Of a stretch of 64,000 bases of DNA, positions 1 through 10,607 are shown in pieces. Source of the stretch: a virus; IMG/VR virus record IMGVR_UViG_3300030450_002944, positions 1-64,000 of that record. The stretch is one strand, 5' to 3'. The translations under genes and the position numbers were made by a program. The first letter of the stretch is position 1, and every line of letters starts with the position of its first letter. A model generated the notes under the pieces. That model was not told the DNA's origin and did not search any database. It saw only the letters and a program-made list of their open reading frames with translations.

Positions 1-127
1 CTAAAGACGCACTTATAGAAAACGAAATGAGGACTATCATGTCAGACCATTCAGGGTTTAGTGATGTCCTTAAACAACTAAATCTAGCAGGCTATGGAGA
101 CTCTAGAACATATGGAGATTATGACTA

Positions 128-409
128 ATGGAAGTACAGGTAGGAAAAACTAAATATAATATAAGCATGGGTGCTGTCATCTTTTTCTTTTCTATGTTAG
201 TGACTGTAATTGGGGGGTATCTTACTTTGCAAAATAATATTACAAATATGCAGGAAGATATTGCTACCTTACAGGCTGAAGTAAGAGAAGTAAAGGATAA
301 CTCAGGTGCAACTGGGATTATTGAACTAAGGGGATTACTAGACGTAACATCTACAAAGTTGAATTACATAGAAAAGACACTAGATGCTCTTGATTCAGCT
401 ATAAGATAA
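128..409 (+). CDS. membrane protein with one TM helix and a coiled coil (possible lysis accessory)
   Basis: Hydrophobic AVIFFFSMLVTVIGGYL followed by a heptad-rich C-terminus; lies in a cluster of small membrane ORFs. Confidence 0.5.
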   Translation: MEVQVGKTKYNISMGAVIFFFSMLVTVIGGYLTLQNNITNMQEDIATLQAEVREVKDNSGATGIIELRGLLDVTSTKLNYIEKTLDALDSAIR

Positions 410-427
410 ATAAAGGAGAAAACTATT

Positions 428-577
428 ATGGGACAATTTAGACCTCAAATATTTCTTTCTATAGGTTGCCTTACTACACTTTCTGTGGTAGGATTATTTC
501 AAGGAATGCCTGAAGTATCAACAGCTACTATTGGGGGCATAATTGCCCTAGGGATGAAAATTTTAGAAGGTGAGTAA
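428..577 (+). CDS. small two-TM membrane protein, holin-like (49 aa, not in ORF track)
   Basis: MGQFRPQIFLSIGCLTTLSVVGLFQGMPEVSTATIGGIIALGMKILEGE; AAGGAG SD upstream. Confidence 0.45.
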   Translation: MGQFRPQIFLSIGCLTTLSVVGLFQGMPEVSTATIGGIIALGMKILEGE

Positions 578-896
578 AAAGAATAGAAAAATAAATACAA
601 GTGCTTGGGAGTGGATTAAATTCTGGGCTTCAGGTATAACTGTTATAATATGTCTGATGACAATTATGTATATCGGACAAATGCATTCATAGAAGAAAGG
701 AGACATGATGTCAAAGAAGAGAATAGTAAAGTCAACTCTTATTAAAGGATTACCAATTGTAGGGGCTCTCGCAGTAGGTGTAGGGGCTACAATGATATTG
801 ATTAATAAGGATAAACTAGAAGATAAAGTTGCTGATAAATTACTAGCTAGACAGATAATAAAGGAAAATATTCCTCTACAGTGAGTATAATATATT

Positions 897-1526
897 ATGG
901 TAATGGATGAAGAATTTTCCCAAGAAGATCTGCTTGTAATGTTGCAAGAATTTGGGCAGGATGTATTTAATGAATCTCAAGCTAGATGTCCAGAAGACAC
1001 TGGATGGTTAAAGGAAAGCGGAGATATTATTATGAATGCAACTGGATTTGAAATAGTTTATAATGCTCCGCATGCAAGACTGATTCATGATGGGAAAGAA
1101 GCAGCCGAGCAGATTTATAAACAGAAAGTACAAAGGCATAGAAGAAGGAAGAGAGGAAGTACATCACCAGTTGCTTTAAATATTGATACTAAAGTTACTG
1201 GAGTAGGATCAGGAAATCCTAATAGAATGAAAAGACCTAGACAAGGTTCGTATAGTGATTTAAAAAAGATGGCGAATATAAAACGAAAATCTAATACAGT
1301 ATCAGTGAGAGCACATACTAAAACATATTATGGTCGTAGACCAATGTTAAATCCTAAAACAGGTGAGTGGAAAGTTGTAAATACAACTGCAAGACAACCC
1401 ACACCGTTTATTGATGATGCTTATAGAAAAGTATTGGCAAGTAGAAAGTATAGAGATCTTAGGAAGTTAGGTCTTCCTTCGAGTATGAAGAGGGGGAGAC
1501 AAGATGTTCTTAGAAGATTTTTATAA
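897..1526 (+). CDS. HK97 gp10-like neck/tail completion protein with a basic insertion
   Basis: SQARCPEDTGWLKESG...IVYNAPHA...PFIDDAY pattern; apparently leaderless (TATAAT at 886-891, ATG at 897). Confidence 0.65.
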   Translation: MVMDEEFSQEDLLVMLQEFGQDVFNESQARCPEDTGWLKESGDIIMNATGFEIVYNAPHARLIHDGKEAAEQIYKQKVQRHRRRKRGSTSPVALNIDTKVTGVGSGNPNRMKRPRQGSYSDLKKMANIKRKSNTVSVRAHTKTYYGRRPMLNPKTGEWKVVNTTARQPTPFIDDAYRKVLASRKYRDLRKLGLPSSMKRGRQDVLRRFL

Positions 1527-1541
1527 ACAAAGGAGGAAACT

Positions 1542-1757
1542 ATGGTAGACATTAGTAAAGTTACAGCTGAACAAGAATATATTATCGCCAGACATTCTAG
1601 GATGGTTGGTAAGGTATTAGATTTAGTTGAAGCATCTATGCCAGAAGGTAATCAACTCGAAAAACTCAAGAAACTTATTCAAGTTCCCTTGTATGACTAT
1701 CGAAACGAGATGATTAAACTTAATTCTGGTGAACTTATTGAAGAAAATATCGAATAA
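1542..1757 (+). CDS. hypothetical protein
   Basis: ORF with strong AGGAGG SD. Confidence 0.6.
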   Translation: MVDISKVTAEQEYIIARHSRMVGKVLDLVEASMPEGNQLEKLKKLIQVPLYDYRNEMIKLNSGELIEENIE

Positions 1758-1967
1758 TCTATACTTTTTATAGATAAAACTCGTAATATTTATGTAAAAA
1801 ATCCCTTTATTTATAGTATAATATAACAGATGGGGTAATATTACCCTTTTTATATTATAATTTCATAAAGGTCGGGGGTGGCTTAGACCAACCTTTTGAG
1901 AATTAATAAACTTTTAGACACTTTTAGTCTGGAATGGACTGGAAAGGTGACATAGGAGGTCGTAAAT

Positions 1968-2798
1968 ATGTCAGAAGAATTCACACAATTAGAGAACCAC
2001 ATGCAAGGTACTAACCTTGCTTTATCTGCAGTAGCAGAAGTGCTCGCTAAGATGGACGAAAGACTTACAAAAGAAGAAGAGGATGATAGAATAGATGAGG
2101 AAGAGAAGGCTATACAAGCCGAAAAAGCAGACTTAGTAAAAGCAGTCGCATCAGAAGTCGTTTCAATGATAAAAGAGGATAACCCTCTTGGAATGGATGT
2201 CGATGGTAGTAAAGAAAGGAAAGCAAAGAGTTCAGCACCTTCACATGATGATGCTCAATCTGCCGCTAACCCGACTACTAAAATAGAAGATCAGCAAGCT
2301 GTTATTCAAGCTGCCGACATGGAAAGTGATGACGAGGAAGAAGAAAAGGCTGCCTACAAAGCAGCTGATGATGAAGACAATGGTTCTGATGAAGAGCCAG
2401 TTGACAAAGCTGCTGATGAAGAAGAAGATGATGTTGAGAAAGCAGAAGATGAAGACGAAAAAGACGATGACGGAATGAAAGCAATGAGGAAAGAACTTGA
2501 TGCTTTGAGGAAGACAGTCGCTGCTTATGAAGCAAACATGGAAAAAGCTATCGAAGAAGAGTCTGTTGGAAGACTACGAAAGATGGGCTTTAGAGAAGAG
2601 AATGGTTTGCAAAGACCAGCTCTTTTAAATAATGATGCACTAGGAACAGATGGAACTACTCCAATTGTAAAAAGTGCTGCAAGTGGTGATGTAGTAGATG
2701 ACTTAACTAGTTTGTCTTACAAACAATTAAGAGACCTACAACACAAAATAGACTCTGGAGACACTTCTGGTGTACCTAGGGAACTACTTGGCAATTAA
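1968..2798 (+). CDS. capsid scaffolding protein
   Basis: Very acidic coiled-coil protein directly upstream of the major capsid gene; many xKA motifs. Confidence 0.7.
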   Translation: MSEEFTQLENHMQGTNLALSAVAEVLAKMDERLTKEEEDDRIDEEEKAIQAEKADLVKAVASEVVSMIKEDNPLGMDVDGSKERKAKSSAPSHDDAQSAANPTTKIEDQQAVIQAADMESDDEEEEKAAYKAADDEDNGSDEEPVDKAADEEEDDVEKAEDEDEKDDDGMKAMRKELDALRKTVAAYEANMEKAIEEESVGRLRKMGFREENGLQRPALLNNDALGTDGTTPIVKSAASGDVVDDLTSLSYKQLRDLQHKIDSGDTSGVPRELLGN

Positions 2799-2832
2799 TA
2801 AATTTTAGTAAAAGAACGAGGAGAAATTAATT

Positions 2833-4200
2833 ATGGCAACAAATCCATCATTATCTGAGTACGTTGCTCAGTCTCAAAGAGGTTTGTATTCTTCAGTATT
2901 CGGACCTGAATACTTACAGAAACAGACTTACTTTACAGTGGACACTGCTACAGGTATTTTTAATACTACCTATGGTAGAAAAGTTTGGCATTCATTAAAC
3001 AACCAAACTCGTTTCTTCAATGCTGTCCCAAGAACTGTTTGGGGTAACACAGCTGGTTGGAGGATAAGAACAGACAGAGGTTCAGGACGATCAAGACCTG
3101 TAACTGAAACTGGTTCACTTCCTACAGTTGACGTTTCTAACATTGAAAGCATTTCTAGTTTACCTAGAATTGTTTCAACTACTTTTGGTGCTTCAGTGAA
3201 GTCAGTCTTTACTGCACAGCTAGAAGGTGGTGTTGGTGATGTGTTAGCATTGGAAAACGAAAATGCACAACTTGACCACGTTAAAGAAATTAACGAAGAA
3301 CTAATGGCGGGATCTGGATACGTTGTATCTGCAGGTTCCTCAACTACTGGTACTGTACCAGCATCAGTAGCTAAAAACATAAAAATTGGAGACTCAGTTG
3401 CATACTGGGATACTTCTGCAAATGACTACATTGACTCATCTGGACTAGCAGTTTCAGCAGTAAACACATCTACGGGTGCTATTACTCACGCTACTGCATC
3501 AGCTACTATTGCTGACGGTGACGGTATGATCGTTGTAAAAAGAGCAGGACTAACTTCAATTGACGACATCGTTCAAGCTGACGGAGCTGTAGTAGGTGGG
3601 TCTTACGACTCTAACTCAAACTTCGCCGCAAACGGTGGTGTTAATGCTTATGACTTAACATTCGGAGCAAGGGCTGCAGGAAACTGGAACGCCGCTGCTA
3701 CAGTTAAGGATAACAACGGTGTAGGAAGAGACCTTTCTCTAAACCTACTTGATGACTGTATTCAGACAGTAAGAACTAATGGTGGAGAACCTAAACTAAT
3801 CGTTATGGGTCATGACCAATACTTCAAACTAGAAAGATTACTACAATCACAACAGAGATACTTAGGACAGGAAGAGTACCAAGTTGGTGTGGGTTCTGAA
3901 AGAACCTTCCCCGGAACTCGAACTGGACTAGTTCTTGCAACTTACCAAGGTATTCCAATCTTGCCAGATGCAGACACTCCAAAGGGTGTTAGCACAGCTG
4001 ACGCAGTATTGGGTTCAAACGTATATGTTTTGGACACAGACTATCTTGAAATAGCTGTGGCACAACCAACACAGTATATAGAAAACAGAGACTACTTTGC
4101 AGCTAACGCTCTAGTAGTAAGAGGATTACTATACACTATGGCAGAAATGCGATGTCACAACTTCTTCACACAAGCTAAGATTACAGACTTAAACGCGTAA
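2833..4200 (+). CDS. major capsid protein (HK97 fold)
   Basis: 455 aa; E-loop-like ETGSLP, TYQGIPILPD and C-terminal AKITDL; strong codon bias; follows the scaffold and precedes a hairpin. Confidence 0.85.
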   Translation: MATNPSLSEYVAQSQRGLYSSVFGPEYLQKQTYFTVDTATGIFNTTYGRKVWHSLNNQTRFFNAVPRTVWGNTAGWRIRTDRGSGRSRPVTETGSLPTVDVSNIESISSLPRIVSTTFGASVKSVFTAQLEGGVGDVLALENENAQLDHVKEINEELMAGSGYVVSAGSSTTGTVPASVAKNIKIGDSVAYWDTSANDYIDSSGLAVSAVNTSTGAITHATASATIADGDGMIVVKRAGLTSIDDIVQADGAVVGGSYDSNSNFAANGGVNAYDLTFGARAAGNWNAAATVKDNNGVGRDLSLNLLDDCIQTVRTNGGEPKLIVMGHDQYFKLERLLQSQQRYLGQEEYQVGVGSERTFPGTRTGLVLATYQGIPILPDADTPKGVSTADAVLGSNVYVLDTDYLEIAVAQPTQYIENRDYFAANALVVRGLLYTMAEMRCHNFFTQAKITDLNA

Positions 4201-4225
4201 TCTAAACTTGTAAAGAAAATTAATT

Positions 4226-4258
4226 AATGGGATGGGGGGCTAGTCTCCCCACCCATTA
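4226..4258 (+). terminator. hairpin after the major capsid gene
   Basis: TAATGGGATGGGG...CCCCACCCATTA inverted repeat. Confidence 0.5.
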
Positions 4259-4282
4259 TGCTAAACAAGGAGAAAATTAAAT

Positions 4283-5011
4283 ATGGCGAAACATTCATTT
4301 AAAATGTCCGATGTGACCGAAGACACTAGAGTTCTAGCTAGGTCTGCATTAGGATATGACTTTAACTATTTCGCTGATGATGAAACTATAATCTTCGGTA
4401 CAGATAGTGATGCTACACTTTCATGGGACGGTGATTCACTGAACGTAACATCATCTGCTACAGAAGTGTCAGGTACACTAGCAGTTGCAGGTGCAACTAG
4501 TCTAGGAACTACAGAAGCAGTGTCAGCTGGAACTGGTATCACTGGTGGTACTGGTACAGTTTACAAATCTTCAGTAGTAAAAATTGGTGGTTTATATGAA
4601 ACAACTATCTATATTGACCTAACTGGATTAAATTCCAATGTAGCTAACGATATTATTGGTAAAGATGCTACAGCTAACTGTCATATTGGACAGATAACTG
4701 CAGCTGTTAACGGTACTATCGTTGGTGGTTATATGCAATGTTTGGAAACACCTACAACTGGTGAACCAGATATTGACGTATGGTATGCTGACGAAGCTAC
4801 TGGTACAGAAGATGCAGCTATCTCTGGTTTATCTAACCAGACTGCTGTTCTAGCCGCTGGTGCGGACTGGACAGTTGCTGCAAACGTAAATATGAGACCT
4901 ATCACTGGAATGCCAGCTGCTGACAAGTATTTATACTTAACAGGTGGTGGAGGTACTACTGATGGTACTTATGATGCCGGTAAGTTTATAATTAAATTAT
5001 ACGGAACTTAA
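4283..5011 (+). CDS. virion structural protein (head decoration/fibre-like)
   Basis: G/T/A/S-rich beta protein right after the capsid gene. Confidence 0.55.
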   Translation: MAKHSFKMSDVTEDTRVLARSALGYDFNYFADDETIIFGTDSDATLSWDGDSLNVTSSATEVSGTLAVAGATSLGTTEAVSAGTGITGGTGTVYKSSVVKIGGLYETTIYIDLTGLNSNVANDIIGKDATANCHIGQITAAVNGTIVGGYMQCLETPTTGEPDIDVWYADEATGTEDAAISGLSNQTAVLAAGADWTVAANVNMRPITGMPAADKYLYLTGGGGTTDGTYDAGKFIIKLYGT

Positions 5012-5040
5012 ACATTAGCGATTAGCAAAAATCTACTAAA

Positions 5041-5071
5041 AGCTGCCTTGACTATATTGTCTTGGCAGCTA
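5041..5071 (+). terminator. intergenic hairpin
   Basis: AGCTGCC-TTGAC-TATATT-GTC-TTGGCAGCT. Confidence 0.45.
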
Positions 5072-5107
5072 GTAGAAAATATTTTATATATAAAGGAGAG
5101 CGAATAA

Positions 5108-6157
5108 ATGGCAGGCTTTACAAATAGTTATGATAAATCATGGGAATGGAAAGAATGGAATACTGATCCTAGTACTCGTACTTCCGTAGCTCCCTATGAT
5201 AGATATGTACCCTTTAGTGGTACTGTAGGAACAAGTGCTGTTGATATCTTAAACATTCATGCAGGACCATATTATGAATTAGATCAAGGTGGTTCAGCAG
5301 GTACTACTGCAAGTTGGGAACTAGCTACTTCAGGTAGTCCCGGAATAAATCAAATAACAAACCCATCAATAGAGAATGCAACTATATCAGAATTTACAGC
5401 AGACGGTTCAGCAATTTCTAGAACCACTGGTGCACCTCATTTGGGTTCAGCAGAACTTACAGCAAACCCATCAAACTCAGCAGCTAAAGAAGGATTTTAT
5501 GTAACTACAACTTCTATTTCTGGAGGTGGGGCTGATTTAAATCAAAACACAGATAGATGGATAGTAGCTTCAGGAATGGTAAGAGGAGCATCAGCATCAG
5601 GAGATGCAGTAATGCAGATTACAGATTCAAGTGGAACTGCTCTAGTTACTGGAACTGCAGTTAGTTTAACTACAGCTTACCAAAGAGTAAGTGTAGCATA
5701 CAATATTCCATCAGGAACAACCCCTGCTACATACAGAGTTAAGTTCTGTTCAAGTACACAACATAATATTAATATGTTATGGGATTGTTTGATGTGGGAT
5801 GTTAGAAAAGATTCAAGTATTATCGATTATATAGATGGTAGCCTAGCAGGTGGAAATGGATATGAATGGGAAGGCACTGCAAACCTCTCAAGATCAAGAC
5901 ATCTCTCACCTATAGGAGTAATTAGAGGCATTAGTATTAGAAACACACACGCCTCTCAAGTATTATATGTAGCATTTGATTGTACTGCAGAAGCAAGTAC
6001 AGCAGCAATTAAGCTGACTGGTAACGATACCACAGAACATAATTGGTTCCATAGTACGCATCCATTAGACTTTAGGAAGAATGCATCTATCTATGGTAGT
6101 GCATCAAGTACTGGATATGAAGGCGTAATTTGGGGAACATCATTCCCAGTAGGATAA
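5108..6157 (+). CDS. virion decoration protein with an inserted carbohydrate-binding-like module
   Basis: NQITNPSIE start typical of CBM4/9-like domains; C-terminal LYVAFD...EGVIWG resembles 36355..36675. Confidence 0.55.
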   Translation: MAGFTNSYDKSWEWKEWNTDPSTRTSVAPYDRYVPFSGTVGTSAVDILNIHAGPYYELDQGGSAGTTASWELATSGSPGINQITNPSIENATISEFTADGSAISRTTGAPHLGSAELTANPSNSAAKEGFYVTTTSISGGGADLNQNTDRWIVASGMVRGASASGDAVMQITDSSGTALVTGTAVSLTTAYQRVSVAYNIPSGTTPATYRVKFCSSTQHNINMLWDCLMWDVRKDSSIIDYIDGSLAGGNGYEWEGTANLSRSRHLSPIGVIRGISIRNTHASQVLYVAFDCTAEASTAAIKLTGNDTTEHNWFHSTHPLDFRKNASIYGSASSTGYEGVIWGTSFPVG

Positions 6158-6170
6158 GGAGACAACTGTC

Positions 6171-7448
6171 ATGACAATGACTGCAGAACGAATTACTACA
6201 ATAAATAGAGATATGTATCAGAATGTGTCTGATAGTTCTTCATTAGCTTTATTAGAAAAAGCTGAAGGAGGAAAGGTTTCACTTAAAGATATATCAAAAG
6301 CTTTAGATGAATTTAAAAGATTGTATAAAGCAGGGATTGCTTCCTCAGCTGAAATTATGACTTTACATAGAGCGTATCCAAATGATGAAACATATAAGAA
6401 AGCAGCTGTAAAATTAGAAAAAGAACCAGTAGTATTAGGAGGTCCAGCCTCTGTTGAATTAGTAGATAGAGAAGGACATCTTATTACTACAGTTGCTTTG
6501 GAAAAGGCATTTGACAATTACATGAAAAGTTTTAGAACTAGGAACGCTATGGTTCTACATTCAGATGTTCAAGTAGGTTGGGCTTTACCAGCTTATATTA
6601 ACAAAGCTGGTCAAATCTTTAAGAGTGGAGTAAATGAAAATGGTTTGTTCTTTATTACTGAGATGAGAAATGATACAAAGATTTCTGATAGAGTGAAAGA
6701 ACAAATAAATGAAGGAAAGCTCAAATCCTATTCTATAGCTGGTTCAGCAACTAAGATGCAGAATATGACAAAAGGTTTACAATCTTACATGCAAGTAGAT
6801 GATTTAGAACTTGCAGAGGTAACAGTATGTGAAAAAGGAGTGAATCAAGGAGCGTCATTTGATTTACTTAAATCAGACAACGTAGCACAGGGTTCTTGTG
6901 CAGATGGAAGTTGCTTAACAAAATCAACTTCAAAACCAAGAGAGGAAATAAATATGATTAGGAAATCAAACGGAAACATAGACTTTACAACAACTTTCTT
7001 TAATTGGCTTTCAAAAGAGAATGGGAAAGCAAGTGATCCTCTTTCAGGAAATAAGATGTTTGCTACCCTAGAAAACTATCATGGTAGAGAAAGAGTCCAC
7101 CATAATCTGTTAGACGAACAAGGATTTCCAAAGGAATTGGAAGCGGAATTTGCAAGGTACACTCCAGTAATGGAAAACCCAAAGTACGTTCCTTGGGTTG
7201 TTAATGAAGCAGGTGAGGAAGCTGGAGCAAATCATTATGAGGAAGCTCTAACACCTCCAAAGGCATCTCTTCCTCTTACAAAAACTTTCCTAAAATGGTT
7301 TGCAAAAGAAGGCAAAAAAGACTATACAAGTAATAGTCCTTATGCTCTTGCAACAGCACAAGCTAAAAAGGAAGGCTATGATGATTTTTCTGAAGGAAGC
7401 GAAGGACGAGAGAAACGTAACAAGTTAGCTGAAAAATTAAAAGACTAG
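6171..7448 (+). CDS. prohead (capsid maturation) protease, HK97/XkdF-type, with N- and C-terminal extensions
   Basis: ASVELVDREGHLI, LHSDVQVG, GKLKSYSIAG and LAEVTVC motifs. Confidence 0.8.
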   Translation: MTMTAERITTINRDMYQNVSDSSSLALLEKAEGGKVSLKDISKALDEFKRLYKAGIASSAEIMTLHRAYPNDETYKKAAVKLEKEPVVLGGPASVELVDREGHLITTVALEKAFDNYMKSFRTRNAMVLHSDVQVGWALPAYINKAGQIFKSGVNENGLFFITEMRNDTKISDRVKEQINEGKLKSYSIAGSATKMQNMTKGLQSYMQVDDLELAEVTVCEKGVNQGASFDLLKSDNVAQGSCADGSCLTKSTSKPREEINMIRKSNGNIDFTTTFFNWLSKENGKASDPLSGNKMFATLENYHGRERVHHNLLDEQGFPKELEAEFARYTPVMENPKYVPWVVNEAGEEAGANHYEEALTPPKASLPLTKTFLKWFAKEGKKDYTSNSPYALATAQAKKEGYDDFSEGSEGREKRNKLAEKLKD

Positions 7449-7782
7449 GAAGCGAGATGAACTCGTATTATAAAATATTAAAAGCTCTTTTTTTAAAGGA
7501 AAGCTTGGGTCCTATTATCTATGAAATCCAAGGAAACAAAAGGAAACCAAGAACTACTGGGAAACAAAATATTGGTATAGGACAAGGAAGCTATGGAAGA
7601 CGTAGCAAGTCAACGAGGGACACAAAATATGGCACTTATTAAAAAATCAAGGAAATGGGGAACACATCCTACTCAAATAACCAAATATGATATTCAAAAA
7701 AATATCAAGGAAAGAGAAGATAAGGAAACGAACCTCGATATTTTAGATGGGAAACCACTTGGAAAGCAGGAGGAGGACACCA

Positions 7783-7947
7783 ATGACGCAGAATGAATGT
7801 TGTAATCCAGAAGAATGTTGCTTAGAGGTAGAATGTGATTTAGATGAATGTATATGCAAAGAAGAAGGACTGTGTAAATGTGAATGTAATTGCGAAGATT
7901 TACAGAAAAATGAATGTTGTGGAGGTGAGTGTGATTGTTTAGATTAG
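7783..7947 (+). CDS. cysteine-rich metallothionein-like peptide (54 aa, 15 Cys)
   Basis: AGGAGGAGG SD precedes ATG 7783; CC and CxC clusters. Confidence 0.55.
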   Translation: MTQNECCNPEECCLEVECDLDECICKEEGLCKCECNCEDLQKNECCGGECDCLD

Positions 7948-7978
7948 ATTTTTTATAAACTAATCAAGGAGATACACT

Positions 7979-8116
7979 TTGAGGGTAAACATAATACTAA
8001 TATTGTATGAAGTTGGAAGCGATCTGATCAAAGGAATACTAGGAAAGGTCAAAGACTTACTACTAGGAATACTAGGAAAGGTCAGATGGGTATTGAAGAA
8101 GATACTACCAATTTAA
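7979..8116 (+). CDS. amphipathic cationic peptide with an 11-aa duplication (45 aa, not in ORF track)
   Basis: AAGGAG SD then TTG; ...DLIKGILGKVKDLLLGILGKVRWVLKKILPI; 20-bp direct repeat at 8032-8051 and 8065-8084. Confidence 0.55.
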   Translation: MRVNIILILYEVGSDLIKGILGKVKDLLLGILGKVRWVLKKILPI

Positions 8117-8121
8117 ATTAT

Positions 8122-8157
8122 ATCCCCTACTCGAATAAAATTGGGTAGGGGATTTTT
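8122..8157 (+). terminator. intrinsic terminator ending the late head operon
   Basis: ATCCCCTACTCGA...TTGGGTAGGGGAT followed by a T-run. Confidence 0.8.
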
Positions 8158-8615
8158 ATATGGTTTACTTGACTGGACTAAATATGATACAATTTAAATA
8201 TGAATTATATGAGAAGAAATATTTTATTGGACTTGACTTGATTAGGTTTAATATGATAGACTATATAAGAAGTGTATAAATTAGTAGAGGAGTAGATATT
8301 GAGTTTCAGTAATCCTGTTTCAGCATTATTTTGGATAATGGTACTAGGTTTAATATGTAGCATATCAGAGGGGTGTGTGGTAATATGAGAGAAACAATTT
8401 TAAGATATGGATTTATGGTAATTATATTTATCATAATATTGGGAGTAATTAAAATATGAGTGAAGAAATAAGAAAGGCACTAGATAGTGTAGATACTTTA
8501 GCAATATGGGATATATGTGGAGAAGAAGCATTAGAATTAATAAGTGAAGAAGTATTGCGTGAATTAGCATATGAGATTTGTATACGAGATGGATATACAG
8601 TAGAGGAGATTACAA

Positions 8616-8804
8616 ATGAATGAGTTGAATAAAAAAGAGTGGAGAATACTTTTAGATAATTATTTAGATTGCCCTAGATCTACTAGACTTAAATTCATTA
8701 AAATAATGATTAGTATAGCAGATAAACAAAAACAGGGAGAAATAATTGATCGAAATACTATTGCAGATACATTACAAATATTATTTAAGGGGATAAGCAA
8801 ATGA
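8616..8804 (+). CDS. early hypothetical protein
   Basis: SD GAGGAG; overlaps the next start. Confidence 0.6.
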   Translation: MNELNKKEWRILLDNYLDCPRSTRLKFIKIMISIADKQKQGEIIDRNTIADTLQILFKGISK

Positions 8805-9349
8805 CCGATTTAATAGATATGAGAAAAGATAGTATAGCATATAGAACTTGGGATAATGTAGGTGTTTACAGATATAGTGTTAGTACAAATACTACATTAA
8901 AAGGATTTCTATTACATAGACCTGAATATTTTGAACAGGTAAGAAAACATGAGGAATTTACAACCTTTGATTTAACAGATAGAGCAAAGGGAGATATAAA
9001 TACTTTTGTTGATTACTTTAAAATGTGGGTAAATGACTATGACAATAGGCATAACTTTGGTGGACACCCTGACGATTGGCACAAACTAGATAGGATAAAT
9101 GAGGTGGAATTACATGGAGAAGATATTGAAGTAACGAATGAAGAAATCTTTAATGAAGCAATCGATAATAGATATGATAATCATATCACTATAAATTTTG
9201 ATATGATAAGTGGTATAAATGGGGAAGTTGGATTTCACACTATGCCTTTCTCTGTTGAAATTTCTATATTCAATATCCTAAGTAGAACAGGAGATTGGTG
9301 GAACTTATGTAAAGATAGTCTACAAGATTGGTGGTTTGATAATGATTAA
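8801..9349 (+). CDS. early hypothetical acidic protein
   Basis: 182-aa ORF in a coupled operon. Confidence 0.65.
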   Translation: MTDLIDMRKDSIAYRTWDNVGVYRYSVSTNTTLKGFLLHRPEYFEQVRKHEEFTTFDLTDRAKGDINTFVDYFKMWVNDYDNRHNFGGHPDDWHKLDRINEVELHGEDIEVTNEEIFNEAIDNRYDNHITINFDMISGINGEVGFHTMPFSVEISIFNILSRTGDWWNLCKDSLQDWWFDND

Positions 9350-9738
9350 GAAGATATTAAGTCAATGGTTTGAACCTACATCAACAAAGCAATATCAGTT
9401 TTATCGTGATGGTATAACTGATGCTTTGCTTCATGGTCGTAGAGATGAGAAGAAATTAGATGAGTTCTTCTTTAGCCATTTTTATAAAAGAGGATATGAC
9501 TTTGGTATGTGGTTGTGGAATGAACAAGATGAAGATGCTAAAGATGAGTAATTTAATGGAATATATGATACAGATTGCAGATCAGATCCGAGAACTACAG
9601 GAAGATGCAGATGGTAAGATGGAAGTCATATTAAAAGAGATTGCCCTAATTCAAATCAAATTACATGAATTAGATGAAAAGATTAATAAATAGAGTATAA
9701 TAGTATATATGTATAAAACAAGAAAGTAGGTATAAAAT

Positions 9739-10317
9739 ATGGAAAGACACCCTGAAGATGAAAATGTTTCTAGTTCGACTTCTTTTCTACAAGAGGGAGA
9801 AAGTAAAATTATTTCATTAAATAAGAATGAATGTCTATTCTTAGATGATTGCTTTACAGTTATTATTGATGGTAGAGAAATGCAAGGATTGACAACATTA
9901 AGAAACATATCCTCTACTGCGAGTGTTCCTGTTACAGTTGATTTAATTCAGAAAATAGGTAGAGCAGTATTGTTTACTACTGATAGAAACAATGGTGGAA
10001 AAGAAGCATTAGTTGAAGTAGATGAAACAGACTTACTTGCATTAAGAGAAGTGGCTCAAAGTTATGTTAAGATGGAGGGAGAAGCAGTTGGAGTAAATTT
10101 AAAGAGGAAAATTCTATCTTTATTATTAGAGAACAGTTATGCACAAGAGGTTAAGAAGCAGAAAGATTATAGATATTGGTTAAGAACATTGAACCAAATT
10201 GCTCCTAGAAAGCATTTTGATCAACATGAATGGACTTACAATAGTAAAGAAAGTTATGATGAGATGTGGGAGAAACGAGCATCTAAGGAGAACAAAGGAG
10301 AAGATGGAAGTAAATAA
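9739..10317 (+). CDS. hypothetical protein
   Basis: 192-aa ORF preceded by an AGTATAAT element at 9694. Confidence 0.65.
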   Translation: MERHPEDENVSSSTSFLQEGESKIISLNKNECLFLDDCFTVIIDGREMQGLTTLRNISSTASVPVTVDLIQKIGRAVLFTTDRNNGGKEALVEVDETDLLALREVAQSYVKMEGEAVGVNLKRKILSLLLENSYAQEVKKQKDYRYWLRTLNQIAPRKHFDQHEWTYNSKESYDEMWEKRASKENKGEDGSK

Positions 10318-10537
10318 TATTAATCTTATAATAATTGCTTGGACATCTATCATTGTTACACTTGCAACATTCGTATTAACATTCATTAATTATAGAATTT
10401 TAATGGTAACATTGGATATTTCTCGTCAAGCAAAAGCAACGAGAAAAGAATTACAAAAATCAAATATGATAAATAAAGATATTAAAAGATTTATTGGTGG
10501 TCGCTGATGACTATCTTAAATATATTAATTTCAGTAG

Positions 10538-10564
10538 GGGACTTGACAGTCCCTTTTTCTTTTT
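10538..10564 (+). terminator. terminator whose hairpin contains the -35 box of the next promoter
   Basis: GGGACT-TGAC-AGTCCC then TTTTTCTTTT; TTGACA at 10543-10548. Confidence 0.7.
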
Positions 10565-10607
10565 GCTATAATATCATTAAGTCAATAATTTACAAGTAGG
10601 AGTAGAG

